Below are positions 21,997 to 36,354 of a stretch of 53,517 bases of DNA, piece after piece. The notes under the pieces are model-generated. The model did no database searches. It saw nothing but the letters and a program-made list of their open reading frames with translations, and had not been told where the DNA came from. Position 1 is the first letter of the stretch. Every line of letters begins with the position of its first letter. Location: contig UYFQ01000729.1 of the NCBI GenBank assembly GCA_900617105.1, positions 1 to 53,517 of the forward strand, in the 5' to 3' direction. The translations under genes and the position numbers were made by a program. The DNA comes from Hydrurus foetidus. Its lineage: Eukaryota.

Positions 21997-24900
21997 GTGC
22001 CATTGTTAGATAAAGCATGCAGATTGGAGAATTTTTGTCCACTGAACAGTAAAAATTGTGGGGGTGACCCTGTGATTTTTAGTGCGAATGTATATACACA
22101 CAGTTCCACATTCACAGAGAGACAAGTGTTGTTAGATACTTGTGCAGCAGAGTCAGTATTTTGTAGTGGAGATTTATTTTATAGTATTATGCCGTCCGCT
22201 ACCCCGATGATTATTAATGGAGTGAACCCTCAGGGGGAACCCTTGATAATCACGGAGTGTGGCGAGACGGACTTTGGAACTGTTTACTACGATAGAAATT
22301 GTATAGCAAATATTTTATCCTTCGGTAACATAGTCAGCTCGAGCGAGTCAGTTAGCTATGACAGTGACCAGGATTGTTACAAAGTTAGGATGATTAAGTT
22401 AGGACCTGTATATAGATTTGTCCATGATCAGTCTACGAACATATATCTATGCGACTTAGACAGAAATGTCAGTTACAAGAATGTATCGTTCGATAAATCG
22501 ATCATGGTCATGACAGTTAAGGATAAGAAGAAACTGTATACAGCTAGACAAGTTAAGTCAGCAGAGTTAGCTAGAGAGTATCAGAGAAAGTTAGGTTACG
22601 CCAGCCCAGGACAGTTAATTAAATTAATAGGTCAGGGGAAATTAGATAAGAGTGACATAACAGCACAAGATGTAGTTAGAGCATTAGATATTTTTGGACC
22701 AGATTTGGGTTCCCTTAAGGGGAAAACAACTAGTCACAAAACTGAGTTAGAGGAAGAGATGCCAGTTGTAGATAGGCAGTTCCTGAACCAGGTTATGTAC
22801 ATAGATTTGATGTTTGTGAACTCGATACCCTATCTAGTCACTGTTACAAATCCCTTAGAATATGTGATGATATGTAAACTCTCACGTAAAAACAAGTCTT
22901 CCTTATGGATGAACTTAGAGAGCAACATACATCACATTACTAAGTATGGATTTAAGATAACTATGATAAGAATAGACGGAGAGTCGGCAGTTAACACTAT
23001 AAGTTTTGAGAGTAAGCTAGCCGCACTAGGTATTATATTAGACAGTACTGGAGCAGGAGAAGCAGTAGCTGTAGTTGAGAGGAAGATCAGAGTGATCAAG
23101 GAACGTGTTCGTGCCATCATCAACACGGTACCTTTTTCACTGAGTGAGCTACTAGAAAGTTGGTTACTTAGATATGTTGTGAACAGATTAAATTTAGTAC
23201 CAACTAGAAACAGTGTAGCTTACGTCAGCCCCAGAGAGAAATTATACGGTAGAAAGATTAACGTAGATAAGGAGTTGAAACACGGTTTCGGTGATTACGT
23301 ACAAGTACATACCGATTCCGTGGACAACTCAACCAAACCCAGATCACAGGCAGCAATAGCATTAGTTAGTGCAGGCAACCTAGAAGGTTCATGGTATTAT
23401 CTGCTGTTAGCTAACTTAAAAGTAGTGAAGAGGACAAAGGCTACTAGCCTACCCATGACAGATGATGTGATCAGTTACCTCGATAAGTTAGCATCTGAGA
23501 GGAAATTAAATATGTCAGTGAATGTCAAGCAACCTATTTTCGAACAGAGTAATCAAATCCTCGAAGACGATGGAAATGATTACTCCAACGATGAATTTGA
23601 GTTGCAGACACCTGACATGATAACACCGTATAGTTACCCTACAGAAGACGAATTTGTGCATCATGAGATAGCAAATAATTTTGACTCATACGATGGCAAT
23701 TCTGATGTAGCTTACGAATCAGAGTTCGAACAATTAACAGAATACATACCAAATGATATATACGTTAATGAAGGAGAGGATGTAGTGTATGACGATACAC
23801 CAACTGACCCCGATGCATTAATGAATGATATATTTGGTGTAGACAGTGATGATGAGGTAGATACCCCCACCACAGAAAATAGCAAGTCAGAGGAAATTCT
23901 AGATAAACAACCCAGACGTAGTGCTAGAAACCATCAGCCAGGTAGATGGAACAAGAGATTAGTAGGTTTAAGTATACCTAGCTACAAAGATTCAGTTATG
24001 TGTAAGTACATGATGAACATGACCGTAACAGAAGGAGTACAGAAATTAGGCGAGATAGCCGTAGATTCCATTAAAAAGAGTTACAACAGATGTGTGATAA
24101 GAATGTGTGGGAGGCAGTTCACCTCAACAGTCTTAGTTACAATCAGAGGAAAAGTATCATAACCAGCAGTATGTTTTTAAAAGATAAGTATACAGCAGAT
24201 GGTAAATTTGATAAGCTAAAATCTAGACTTGTAGCAGGAGGTCACTTACAAGATAGAAATATATATGATAACGGTTCATCACCAACTGTTAGCACCACTA
24301 GCGTATTTATTGTTGCTGCAATTGCTGCTAGTGAAAATCGAGCGGTCGCTACGATCGATTTTCCTGGTGCATTCCTCAACAGTGATATGCCACTAGACGG
24401 TGACCATGCAGTGCTGATGAGACTGAATAAATATTTGACTAACATATTAGTTAGCATTGACAAGTCCTATCAGAAGTATGTAAATGAGAAAGGAACAGTA
24501 GTAGTTAAGCTTAAGAAAGCATTATATGGATGTGTAGAGTCAGCTAAGTTATGGTACGATAAAATATCATCAGACTTAACACAGTTAGGCTATAAGGTAA
24601 ATCCATCAGACATATGTGTATTCAATAGGACTGAGCTAGATTCCACTCAGACTACTTTAGTTATCCATGTTGACGATATGATGATCAGCAGTAGGGATGA
24701 GAAGCGTATAGATAGTATAATTTCAGAGATAGAAAACCTATACCCAGGCCTGACTAAGAGTAGAGGCAGAGTGTTGAATTATATAGGTATGACTTTTAAC
24801 TTTGAGCAGTTAGGCAGAGTTGTCATATCCATGGAAGGTTTCATAAAAGACTTGTTAGACGATTGCATAGAGATTGTGGGGGTGTCTAGAACACCTGCCG

Positions 24901-25616
24901 ACGATAATCTATTCAAGATCGATCTTAACAGTCCTTTATTGAAAGATAAAGAACGTGAGAGATTCCACTCACTAACAGCTAAGTTGTTATATTTAAGTAA
25001 GAGAACCAGACCAGACATACTGACATGTATAGCATATCTAACTAAAAGAGTCTTAGAACCTAGAACCGACGACTGGAATAAGTTAGCGCATACTATACGG
25101 TATATCAGAGAGACCAGAGCTATGCCGCTGACCCTAGAGGTAGATACTCCGGTTAAGGTTATAGCCTATATAGATGCATCATACGCTGTACATGCAGATA
25201 AGAAGAGTCACACTGGCTGTATTATAACACTAGGTAAGGGAGCAATATATGGTAAGAGTTCCACTCAGAAATTAAATACTACGTCTAGCACAGAGGCAGA
25301 ACTAGTAGCTATGACTGAAGCAGGTAATCAGGTTTTATGGACTAGGAATTTCCTTATCCATCAAGAGTATGAGGTAGGTCCAGCTTTAATTTACCAAGAT
25401 AACCTATCCACAATTCAGTTAGTTAAGAACGGTAGGTCCAACAGTGAAAGAACTAGACACATAGACATCAAGTTTTTCTTCCTGCATGACCGAATTAAAT
25501 CAGACCATATTATTGTAACCTACAAGAGTACTAAAGAAATGATTGCAGATTTGCTGACCAAGCCACTGCAGGGGAAGCTATTCCAAGAGCTACGCGACCA
25601 AGTGCTCAATGTATAA
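21997..25616 (+). CDS. Copia pol: protease, integrase, RT, RNase H (one frameshift at an A-run near 24075)
   Basis: VLLDTCAAES (PR); YIDLMF, RIDGE and VVERKIR (IN); KSRLVAGG, LKKALYG and IHVDD (RT); YIDAS, SSTEAE, YQDN and ADLLTKPL (RH). Confidence 0.95.
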
Positions 25617-26125
25617 AGAAATTCAGGGGAGTTATTTATTGATTTTGACTTACCCACTTATAGCGCTTTTTCCAGATAAATTACAAAATAAAAATAAAAA
25701 TCTGATTTCGCTTTAAATCAACATTTGTTTGATAGGACCGCGAGGGACATCGATGCACCGCTTTTGCGACATCGAATGTCGACGTTTTAGCGGATTTAAG
25801 GGCACCAACATCGGTTGGATCGAACTCGAGACCGGTCACCAGCTGAGGCTTTTTGACGGTTTAGAAATAGTTTTTCTCGAGTAATACCCATTTACTAATC
25901 CAACCACCCATGTTTTATTTTCACCATATCACGACGCAACTTGTCAATATTTAAAAATTCCGTGAAAAATATTTTTAAGAAAATTTACTGTTTACCATAC
26001 CCTAACACTAAGCTCCCTATCTGAGTGTTGTGTGAAACATTATGAACAATAACCAATAAGTATACTATATAAGCATATGCTAATTAACATATTCACTTAT
26101 TCAAACAATAACCATCATGGGGGTG

Positions 26126-26404
26126 TGTTGTGATATCCGGATTAGACTAGGATCCTGTACCCTGCGTGATGTATGATTGTTTTCATGCACGGGTGTACGT
26201 ACATTCAGCGATAGCATTGACCGCAACCCTCGCACTCATGTTATGCTAGCTAGATGTAATCGACAGCATGTCACTGTCGTTTAATCCAACTTACCGAATA
26301 GAACGTCTTCTTCTCTTTTGAGCAAGCGTTGCTAGCAGTCGGAAGTGCAGGGATCGTTTGGGAACTCGGAAGAAATTCCGTGTAAATCGCCCAGATTTCC
26401 AACA
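26126..26404 (+). repeat. 3' LTR of the Copia element
   Basis: Direct repeat of 20370-20648. Confidence 0.97.
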
Positions 26405-26678
26405 AGGAGGCACTTCGACTTCGACTTCTTCGTCATCGAGATCGATCGCAAGTTCGAGTTCCATCAACACTGTTGGAAGCATTGACAGCGCTCTCACAAT
26501 GTAGGTGATAACCACACGACGACCTGTGGGACAAGCTCAACCTGATCAAGACAATGACCCCAAGGTACTCGACTCTCATCACCGTGCCCATTCATAGCTG
26601 CGCCTTCGATGAGATAGCCTGAAATTTTAGGAGTAACGACGAGTACAACAAAACCTACTTGACTGAGAAATTTTCAAC

Positions 26679-29600
26679 ATGTCTTCAGCTAAATCGGCTG
26701 AACGCAAGAACATCGCCTTTAACATGGAAGAGACATCATCGAATATGTCATCAGCTCGATCTCAAAAAGCTGAAGACACTGATGGAAACGTTCTCATCTT
26801 CGGCGCGCATGTCCCGAATCTACTGATTCAGCGATCCTTCCACACTCACGTTAGGAATCGAAACAAGGCAAAAGAGCCATTTATAGAACGATTTGAGGGA
26901 TCACTTCTGTTTGTTGATATATCTGGATTCACTGCGCTTTCGAGACAGTTACACGTTGAGTCGTTGAAGACACATATCAATGCCTACTTCACGAAAATGC
27001 TCAACGTTGTCGACAAACACGGTGGAGATGTTGTCAAATTTGCAGGCGACGCTCTGTACACCATCTGGCCTGCTAATGAACTCATTGATAAAACAACAAG
27101 TGTCAAAAAGGCTCTAAATTGCGCTCTGGAAATAACCAGCGTATGTGACAGCTACAAAATTCTCCGTGAAGAGCAGCGATACTCAAGCCCATCATCTTCA
27201 TCACCGAAGGCTGGGAAGTCATCAAAAGGGTCATTTCGAGCAGGAGGCAGTCCCACTTCAGCTGTGTACTTGAACGTCCACGTTGGGTTGAGCGTTGGGA
27301 CGATGGCTGCAGTGGACATCGGATGTGCTGGGAGATGGGAAATGCTTCTCGTAGGCCAGCCACTGAAAGATGTTGCAGCAGCTGAGTCACTAGCTCTATC
27401 AGGAGAGGTGGTTATCAGCGATGGAGCGCACTCTATTCTGAGCGCCACTAGAGCATTCAGTGAAGTCTCTGATAGACGGGGGTCTCTACGTTGCGAGAGC
27501 CGCGACAACGGCTGCTATGTTGTGTGGATGGACTGCATGACTCCTGACTCCAGAACAGATGCAGACGATGAAAATTCTGATGACGACAGTCCTCCGAACA
27601 GATTGGACTTCGTGAATGGTATTTTGAGGGAGATGCACTCTGCATTGCCAACACCCAAACAAGACTTCACTGCTTGGAAATTGGAAGACTCTCAGACACA
27701 AGGCAAGATGTACACGATGGCAATGATCAAGGTAATTTACAGTGATCTAAACCAGATATTATTGTGATTGTTTTGAATGTACCTAATTGCATCTTGCGCA
27801 ATTGCGAAGGAAAAACCTAACTACTATCAAAAACTTGATGTTATTTCACTTACATTTGATGCTGCAGAATCACGTGCACGAAGCTGCACGGTCCACTGCT
27901 GTGGTAGACCTATCGAACAATCTCCCCTCTTCTTCTCAACGATCAATTCGTCTATCTGGGACGACTATTACGTCAACAGATGATTTAGAAAGTACGACAT
28001 CTTGCAAATCCTTCTCAGAAAGCGATTCCGAATATTCAACCGATCTTAAACGGTTTTCACCTCCTATAACATGTCGAAAATCGTATCCTAAATCTCATAT
28101 GAGTTCGCCTACAAGAACATCTGAAAACTCGAAGAGAAATTCCTTGTCTCATCTTTTAGTACGAAGTCCTACCAGCAGTGCCAAAAAACCTTTAACAATG
28201 GATGTGAATGAAATGGTGATGATTCTTACAGCTGAATTGAGGAAATGCACGATATTGTTCATCAACATTTCCATTGATGTGGACTTGTTGTTGAGCCCAT
28301 CGCGAGGTACCGAAGTGATGGAGCATCCTACACGGAAGGAAGGAATGCCATCTATTAAGTCGCTACCATTTATCGCGAGAAGTAGAGAAGAATTGAATGC
28401 TGATGAGAATTTACTAAGTGGCTTACAGAGGTGCATGGAGATAATATCTAGCGCACTTTCCAGCAACTGCGGTCAAATTAGGCAATTTATTCATGATGAT
28501 AAAGGTACCGTATGCATCGGAACAATCGGCCTACGCGGCAGCGCTACTGACGACAATGCAGCTGCCGCTGTGGAAGCTGCCAGAAGCATTACATTACAAC
28601 TACAAGCCATTGGATTGAGTGCTAGTATAGGCATAGCGTCAGGCAAGGCGTTCTGTGGGTTGGTGGGATCGTCTGTGCGCCATGAGTATGCCGTGATGGG
28701 TCCGAGTGTTAACCTGAGTGCGCGTCTAATGTGCGCAGCAGCACCCGGTACAATTCTGTGCGATCAGACGACAAAGGAGAGTGACAGAAGGCATAAGTAC
28801 GTGACTAAATCAGCCATCAATGCGAAGGGTTTCGATGCACCAGTGTCCACCTTCATGCCTATTGTTACTGTACAGACTCGGAACTCTGCCTTCTCTAATA
28901 TATCTTCTAAGGGAGATACCCCAATCCCAACCACTGCCCCCCGTCAGAAGAACAATGGCAGTTGTAAACCCTCATCTTCGACTATCTCATTTGCAAGAAG
29001 CATGTCGCATGAAACGAGTAGTAGTGAGGGCGTGAGTGAAGCGAGTGCGGATGAACACCTCTACGGAACTACGGAATCTGGCTTGTGCGGTAGGTCCGAA
29101 ACCCTTCGAAAGATTTCTTTCTTCGCGGCCCCTTTCGATTCTCTCTTTGGCGATTTAGATTCTCAGGAAGGAATTTGCGCTGGAAATAGCAGCAAGGCGG
29201 GAAGTGCCAGATCACTATCTCCACCCCACGCACCACCTGTAGCTTCAAAAATGAAAATAGCGTTTATAAGCGGCCCGTACGGTATCGGAAAGACGTCCGT
29301 GCTCAAGGCAGCACACCATTGTACTCACATCGCAACTGGATCATCAAACGGGTTTAAATACAAGTACCACGTACAAGCAAGCGCATACAACAAGACAACT
29401 ATATTCTTCATATTCAAGAAGATTATCACCAATTTATTATTGGAGCTTCGATTTCACGGACCTAAGAACTTATCCCGAGATGACTTGCAGTCCACGCTGC
29501 GAGACACAAGCACGACACTTCTTCCTACAGTGCATGAAGACCAGTATTCGGGCAACACTCTTGATGACGTGTGTGGGAGTGGGATGCAGGGACACAGTGC

Positions 29601-32600
29601 AACTATTGTGCACAATGTTAGGCCGTGTAAAGGCAGTAGGAAACAAGAGTTAATACGCGCGAATATTCACCACATCATTTCTCTGATGGATGACTCAGAC
29701 AGAGATCTCGAGCCTCTACTGATGAACGGATTCTTGACAGAGTAAGTGCGGACCAAATTCTCAACCTCCCTATTATCACTCCTACTACACCACTCGATGA
29801 AGTTTTTAATTATAACTCCGCGTATGCATGATACTGATCTTACGCTTATGGAATAAAGTCCCCTCGTTACAAAAAGTAATCATCTCCGAGAATCACGAAA
29901 TTCTACTGGTATTCGTTTAAGTTGCATGAGCACTTTCGTGATTTTCAGAGTTGGTCCCTGATTGTTACAGGAAGTTTGCTTTGTGCACATACTTAAGGCA
30001 CATACCGGATCTCTTCCCTGCCATCATCTGAGTCATTAATATGCCTTACAAAAAACACTTCGTACCTTTATAATGTTACGTATCCTTTCATGTCTCTCGA
30101 GGATATTTTCTTCTCTCTTCAGTTGCAACAACAAATGCCTTGTCCTCCCTTCCTTTCTCCCTGCATTTCCTTACAATATGTTAGATTCTATTCTACATCA
30201 AAGCATCATCTAAATATGTTCTTCAATATCATCTTATACAGTCGACCAATGGAGCACACAGATGCAACAAAGACTCTGTCTACTGCTGAGAGGATCAGAC
30301 CAGTAACTAAACTGTTGGCCGGTATGCTGGAGAAGATCGGAGAAGCTTTGGGGGGTCCAATGCTTTTCATAATGTGCGTGCGCACCGTACAACGTCATTT
30401 TTATTTTCAAAAGTATTTTTATTTTTATGAACATTTTATTCTTTCATTGCTTTGAAATCTTTCTGTCGTAACTTTTGTCTTCTTGGCTAGCTATCCCATT
30501 ACATTCCTTATTCCGGATGCATTCTCTCATTTACATCTCATTGTTGTATGTGTCTTTAATGTGTTGTTTACATATAACAGTTCTTCATCTTCTTCTTCCC
30601 TCCTCCACTGCACTATCACACACTTCTATCATCTCTCACCTCTAACATTCCTCTATCACATGTGTGACGTCAGTGATGACGTACAGTCCATGGACCACGC
30701 CTCTTGGGGCTTGCTGCGTTACATGTGGAAAACCAACAATCAGATAACAGTGGTTTGTTCTTTCAGAACATTTGGTGCCCAGAGCGTTAACTACGAGTCG
30801 GAACAAGGGGACTCTCTCAATCCTATCGATCCTAAAGACGGGGAAGTGACTTTGGAGAATGAGTTGGCAAATACCTTCACAGGCACTGAGCCAACTGACC
30901 TTAATGACTCTGTTGCTGGGGTGAAGGTCGAGAGGGTTTTGTTGATCGAATTAGCGCCTCTAGATGAAGGGGCAGTGGCTGATCTGGTATCCAAATTACT
31001 GAAAGAGCACTGTGCTGCGTTTAGAAGTCATGCTAAAATGCTCAATGCTGTGTATCGTCTGAGCGGAGGCAATCCTTTGTACGCTGTAGAAGTGTCTAAA
31101 GCAGCAATGAAAATGGTCGCGAAAATAGACAATCTCATCCCCTGTCCTAGAAGGAGTACAAGAGAAGTGGCGCAATCTCGGTTCCTCGGTCCTGATGGTC
31201 AACATGGGGGGTCTAAATTCGATGATGACGTACAAGCCACTGCCAACAGTCACTACAGAGATCCTACTGCTGACATATGGGAGAAATCGTTTGAGAAGGT
31301 GTCTTCATCTCTTCGTTCTGATAGAATTGAAGAGATAATTATATTTCGATTCGATCAATTAGATTCGAAATCTCAATTGTTACTTCGCATAGCTGCTGTT
31401 GCTGGATTCAACAATGCACCATTCTCAGCCAAAATGCTTTCCTTTGTCCTCCCTCATTTCTCCTCTGCACGCACACAAGACGAGTTATTCTATGATAAAC
31501 ATCATGCCAATCAGGAGGAAGATGATGACTTTGAATTAACTCTAGAGTCTGACGATGAAGATGACACAGACAAAGGCTGTCAAGCTATTAGTCGCGCGCT
31601 AAATAAAATACTACGCGAGTCAGAATTTCTCAGGGTATGTAAAATCGGTCAAGATTCATCGGATGAGAATTCGGATGGCGTGACGGACACAGGGACGGGA
31701 AGAAGTTTCGGAACCGCAGGAACGTTCTTTTCTCAGTTGCAGAATTACGAATTTGTGTCGTCATTAGTGCAAGCAGCTATTTTGAATTTGAATTTAAGAG
31801 GACAGAATGGCATACTACATTTTCAAACAGCGTCCTATCTTGAGAGTCAAATTAAACCGCGACTGTCAGCAGGAACGAGCAGTACGGACTTGTACCTTAT
31901 GAGCCGTAGTGACAACAACTGGTTGAACAACAGTATGTCAACGATGTCTTCGACATCCTCTAACTCGCCATCTACTGTCCCATCCGCCACGTGGTGAGTG
32001 TCCCGTGACTGTTTCTAATCTTCCTATATCAATTATTCTCAATCACTCATCGATTGTATTTTTCTTCTTTCATATATTATTTTATTTGCATTTGCACGTT
32101 ATTCTTTATACTCTTATTATCTCCATTGTTCAACAGTTTTTAAGTGGTCTCTCTTTTCCTTCTTTATCACGCTTTGCACAGGTATCGACTAGGCATTCAT
32201 TGGCAACATTCTGCTCATTTCGTGAAAGCCATGGCATGCTTCTACAACTCTGCTGTGCTACTGGAAAGCATAGGGTGAGTGACTGAGACAGAGTGCTGAC
32301 TTCAATGTCTCCTTTCTGACTTGTAGCAGTCGATCTACTAATCCTAACTCGTGGAGAATTTTACGATGTCTATTTTTTCGCTGATACGCCACAGTCATTC
32401 CTCCGTGTTTAGGTCTACGAGAATATGCAACACACCTCCATTCGAATCACCCGCTATCTTCAACCCCTTCGCATCCTTTTCTCTACTGCAGCTCTTCTCC
32501 ATTATTTCAATACCTTCCTTGCTTCCTTCCACTCCCCTTCTCATAGTCATTCTGACCATCGTCAATTTTGTTTGAGCCACCCTTCTCATTATTATTCTCA

Positions 32601-35600
32601 TTCTCATTTTTCATGTTATCCAATTTACTTTTTCTCAACCCCTCCCCATCCTACAGATCATCCAGAGACGGGTTGGTTCATCTATTTAAAGCGTATGACA
32701 TGCTCCAAATCCTCAGAGAAGAAGCGGGCCTCACCACCAGTGACAGCAAGGACGCATATAAGATGATATCGCAACTATCCTCCTTGACAGGAAGGAGGCC
32801 TGACGCACTGCCCATCCCGCTATCTCTCGATCCCTCAGGGGAATTTGCGTCAGACAGTGACAGTAGAGTCGACTATGCTGCACTGATGACACGAGAGGAG
32901 ATTCATCACATGTTTGGAGGGGATATTTTAGCGCTTGATATCGCGATAAAATTGCTCATAACTCTGTCACAGAACATCGTAGTGACACTCGCACAGAGAC
33001 AAGGAAGGGACACGAAGTACTACTCAGAAGCCCTCGAATTAGCAATGGCTAGCTGCAAGGAACTGATCACCATCACTTCCACTCAGCCCACACGACATTC
33101 CTCATGCTGTGACGTACTAGCCCCAGAACTGGGACACGAAGACCTTGTGTTACTTCAAGTGCAGATCTTGGATCCCTTTTTATTCGACATTTCTGACACG
33201 GCTGAGACCGCCAGTCGAAGGGGCGCACACATGGTAGACAAAGTCGGTCAGGAACACTTCTATCTGAGGGACTTCACGTCTATATTTCCTATACTGGCTG
33301 GTCTGACACTACGACTTCTACACGGCACGAAACAAGACCAAGACATGATTCAAAAAGTTGACATGATGACCAGCACTTTTCTGGCTCTAGCGAGACAACA
33401 TGGAGATACCATGCACATCATACGTGCACTGCACCTCCAGTCAGTTTTCTATTCCCGGTACGTACGTACGCACGCACGCGCAATGTCATGTAATGCCACG
33501 TACATGATCGAGAAAATTGTTGAGCTATTTACTTCACTCCGAATCTCCTTTCTCTTTCTCTTCCCACACTACTTCATTGATCTCTTCTCACGCTGATGTT
33601 TGCCATAGTCGTTATCCGTTTTCTGTCTGTCCTTCTCTCCACCTTGTGTCGTCTTCAACGTTTTTATCAATTCACTTGGGGTCGAACTCATGTGCACGCC
33701 ACACTTACCACACCACACTGCGCCACACTGCACTATACCACACCACACTTTCCCACACCACTCAACACTTTGCCACACCACACTACACCACATTCTACTA
33801 TACCACACCACACCACACTGCACTATGCCACACACCACACCACTTTGCCACACACTACCACCACATTCCTCACCACACCACACTGATACCACATCCAGAT
33901 CACACACACACTTTCCCACCACACTACGCACACCATTACGCTTTACTATTTACCACCACATCCATTTCACTCACAATTTCCACTCCATTCCACATTACCA
34001 TCCAACTCACATTCCTCCATTCAACTTCCTTACCATCAACTAAGCTCCTATCACCCACATTAGGATAAATCGTCTGCGGGAGTCACTTGCTAATTGCGAT
34101 GAGATAACATCACTGTACGTCTTCGAGGAGCACTCTTTCCAGATGAGCAAAGTGTATGGGGGAGATAGAGGAGTAGGAGCAATGGCAGCAGCGGCTGTTG
34201 GGTGAGTAATTAATTGAATACTCCTATAAATTCGGTGATTGCTATTGTGTTGAAATTTATAATCGTGAGGGTTAGGTTAAGGTTCTAATTTAAATGAGCC
34301 TGTTACATTCTTCTTGATACTCCTCTAAATGAACGTCATACCTCAGTAGACTGATAATTCTCTAATGTTCTAATATTGCTGTAAGGAATGCTTTGCTGGG
34401 AAGGTGGTCAAAAGCCCTGTCTCTGTGCGAGACAACAGAGAGGTATTTGCCTCGGCTGACATCAGTGAGTGTTGTGGGGCTGTCCACACACTCCATCGCT
34501 ATCGCATACGGAATGATGGGCATGCACGACAGAGCCCATGCGGTGTTCACCTACTTGATGAAGACAGAAGGGAAGTCAAGCGCGTTCAGCATTTTCAGAG
34601 AATTAAATCCTTACTATCACGAACTCTACACTAAAAGAGCGGAATTGTGTGAGTCGAAAAAAACTGTTGACAGGGAAATGAAATCTAAACTTGAAAGAGA
34701 ACAACTGAGATTTGAAGAAAAGAAAATAGCGAAAGAATACTCTGTAAGAAATTCTTCAAAGAGTAGCAGTTCCATTTGCGAAAAGAGCGGAAAAGATAAA
34801 GGAAAAGAGGCCCAATCATTACGATCCCTGTCCTGTGTAGTTGATCGAGTGATGAAGGAAAGTAGGGCGAAAGAGGTGCTTAGAAGAATGGTGTCTGAGA
34901 AAATCGCAGCGAGATTACGCACAGGAGAAGGGCTGCGCAGTGCACTTGACAACAAGGGATTCGCCAATGCAAGTGACTCCACAAATGACACACTGAATAT
35001 GGACGACAAAATTGAGAAGAAGATAGAAAAAGAAGAAGAAAAAGTGAGATATGAGGACAAATATGGAAGAAAAGATGATGAAGATAGAATGGATGATGAA
35101 AAGATGAAAACAATGCCGCCGTCCCCCAAACCACACACGCCCTTACGGTCTGTGTCAGAGCCATTGAAAGGCACAGGAACGATCAGCTTCCAACTGTCCT
35201 TAATGACAGGCAGAGGCATGGATAGTATTAAAGCGGAATTGTGCATGCTAAACGCTATAACAGCCATGACGGGTGGCGAAGTAGTGTCACAGTTGAATTG
35301 CGGTGAGAGTCCCATGACAGCTGAAGAGTACTGCGAGGAGGGGTTGAGGTGCATCGCTAATATCAAGGAAGAGCCGTGCACCGTCAAGATATCGAACTAC
35401 TCTCACACATGCGACCAAGTACACACTTTCGTCATATTGGCCAGACTGTATACGATATTAGCCGCTCTGGCACCACACACACCTGGTGCGTCACAGACAT
35501 TCCCGTCACCCACTAAGATTATACCGGAGGCGGCTGAACCCACAGCTACCGTCACGGCCACGGCCACTGCTACGGCTGACAGCGAGACTTCTCTAACGGA

Positions 35601-36354
35601 CCCCGAACCGTGTAATTCTCCGACACCTTTTCTGAACTATCCACCGGAAGTGATAAAAGGAGATAGAGGAAGCTACATGAAGAAAGCTAAAGAAACGCTC
35701 ATTAAATGTGAGATATTAGGGCGCGTAGTCGATGCACCTGGTGTGTTGTTCATCACGGGAATGAAAATGATATCACTCGGTATTGATACTTTGAGAGGAA
35801 GAGAAATACTAACAGAAGCAATGGCAATGCTTAAAGCACATCAAGAAAGTGAAGAAAAAGAGGCACATATGTCTGTCGATACTATTGATAAGGAGATGGA
35901 GAGGTCTGGAAGTTCGATATTAGATGATATTCTGAACAGCCCAGAATGTCTACACGGTTCTGGTCGAGAATTTTCATCCGGTTTTATTGAGAAAAAAGCA
36001 ACCGGTTCTGGTCGAGAATTACTATCCGATTTCAGTGAAAAGATAGGCACTGCTGATGATGAGTTAGATGAGAGCGGTCTATCAGAAGACTACTGTATCA
36101 CAGCTATAGGCGACAATTGTGACAGCGATGGTGACGGAGAGGGAGAAAAAGTAGAAGGAGAAAGAGAAGGTTTTATAAATGAGAGTGTGAGTAAGGAAGG
36201 GCGCAGAATAGTTGACCAGAGTAAGTCCCAATTAATTAAACAATCAAGAGGATTCATGAAAGTTGCACCTATAATGGATGAAGAGGAAATACCAATTGTT
36301 ATTGAAGCAAAAGAAGCTATGATGATGTGCTGTGCATTACAAGATGGTAAATAG
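26679..36354 (+). CDS. Soluble adenylate cyclase-like protein (ADCY10/sAC architecture: two class III cyclase domains, STAND-type P-loop NTPase, TPR-like region); 8 exons, about 2459 aa
   Basis: Exons 26679-27731, 27868-29741, 30242-30373, 30674-31993, 32182-32274, 32657-33457, 34064-34201 and 34386-36354; all GT-AG and phase-consistent (7380 nt). Motifs FVDISGFT, KFAGDA, HDDKG, GPSVNLSARL, Walker A GPYGIGKT, Walker B FIIDDVQ (created by the exon 3/4 splice) and SGGNPLY. Confidence 0.88.
33695..33960 (+). repeat. Degenerate (CACCA/CACAC)n microsatellite in intron 6
   Basis: Runs such as ccacaccacactacaccacattc. Confidence 0.9.

Larger units (their letters stand above)
20370..26404 (+). mobile_element. 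Full-length Ty1/Copia LTR retrotransposon, recent insertion
   Basis: 279-bp LTRs (TGTTG...CAACA) with no difference visible; 5-bp TSD AGGAG (20365-20369 and 26405-26409); domain order gag-PR-IN-RT-RH; G-run PPT just before 26126. Confidence 0.97.

Noticed and set aside
25800..25850. B-box-like GAGTTCGATCC on the minus strand in the Copia 3' UTR (tRNA or SINE)
   Set aside because: No convincing cloverleaf or properly spaced A box by eye; tRNAscan-SE would settle it.
30483..30673. Hydrophobic N-terminal extensions of ORFs 30483, 30090 and 32568 as signal or membrane segments
   Set aside because: They are pyrimidine-rich intron sequence upstream of the splice acceptors in the cyclase gene model.
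33517..34068. His/Thr-rich and Val/Trp/Cys-rich ORFs
   Set aside because: Translations of an intronic CACCA microsatellite.
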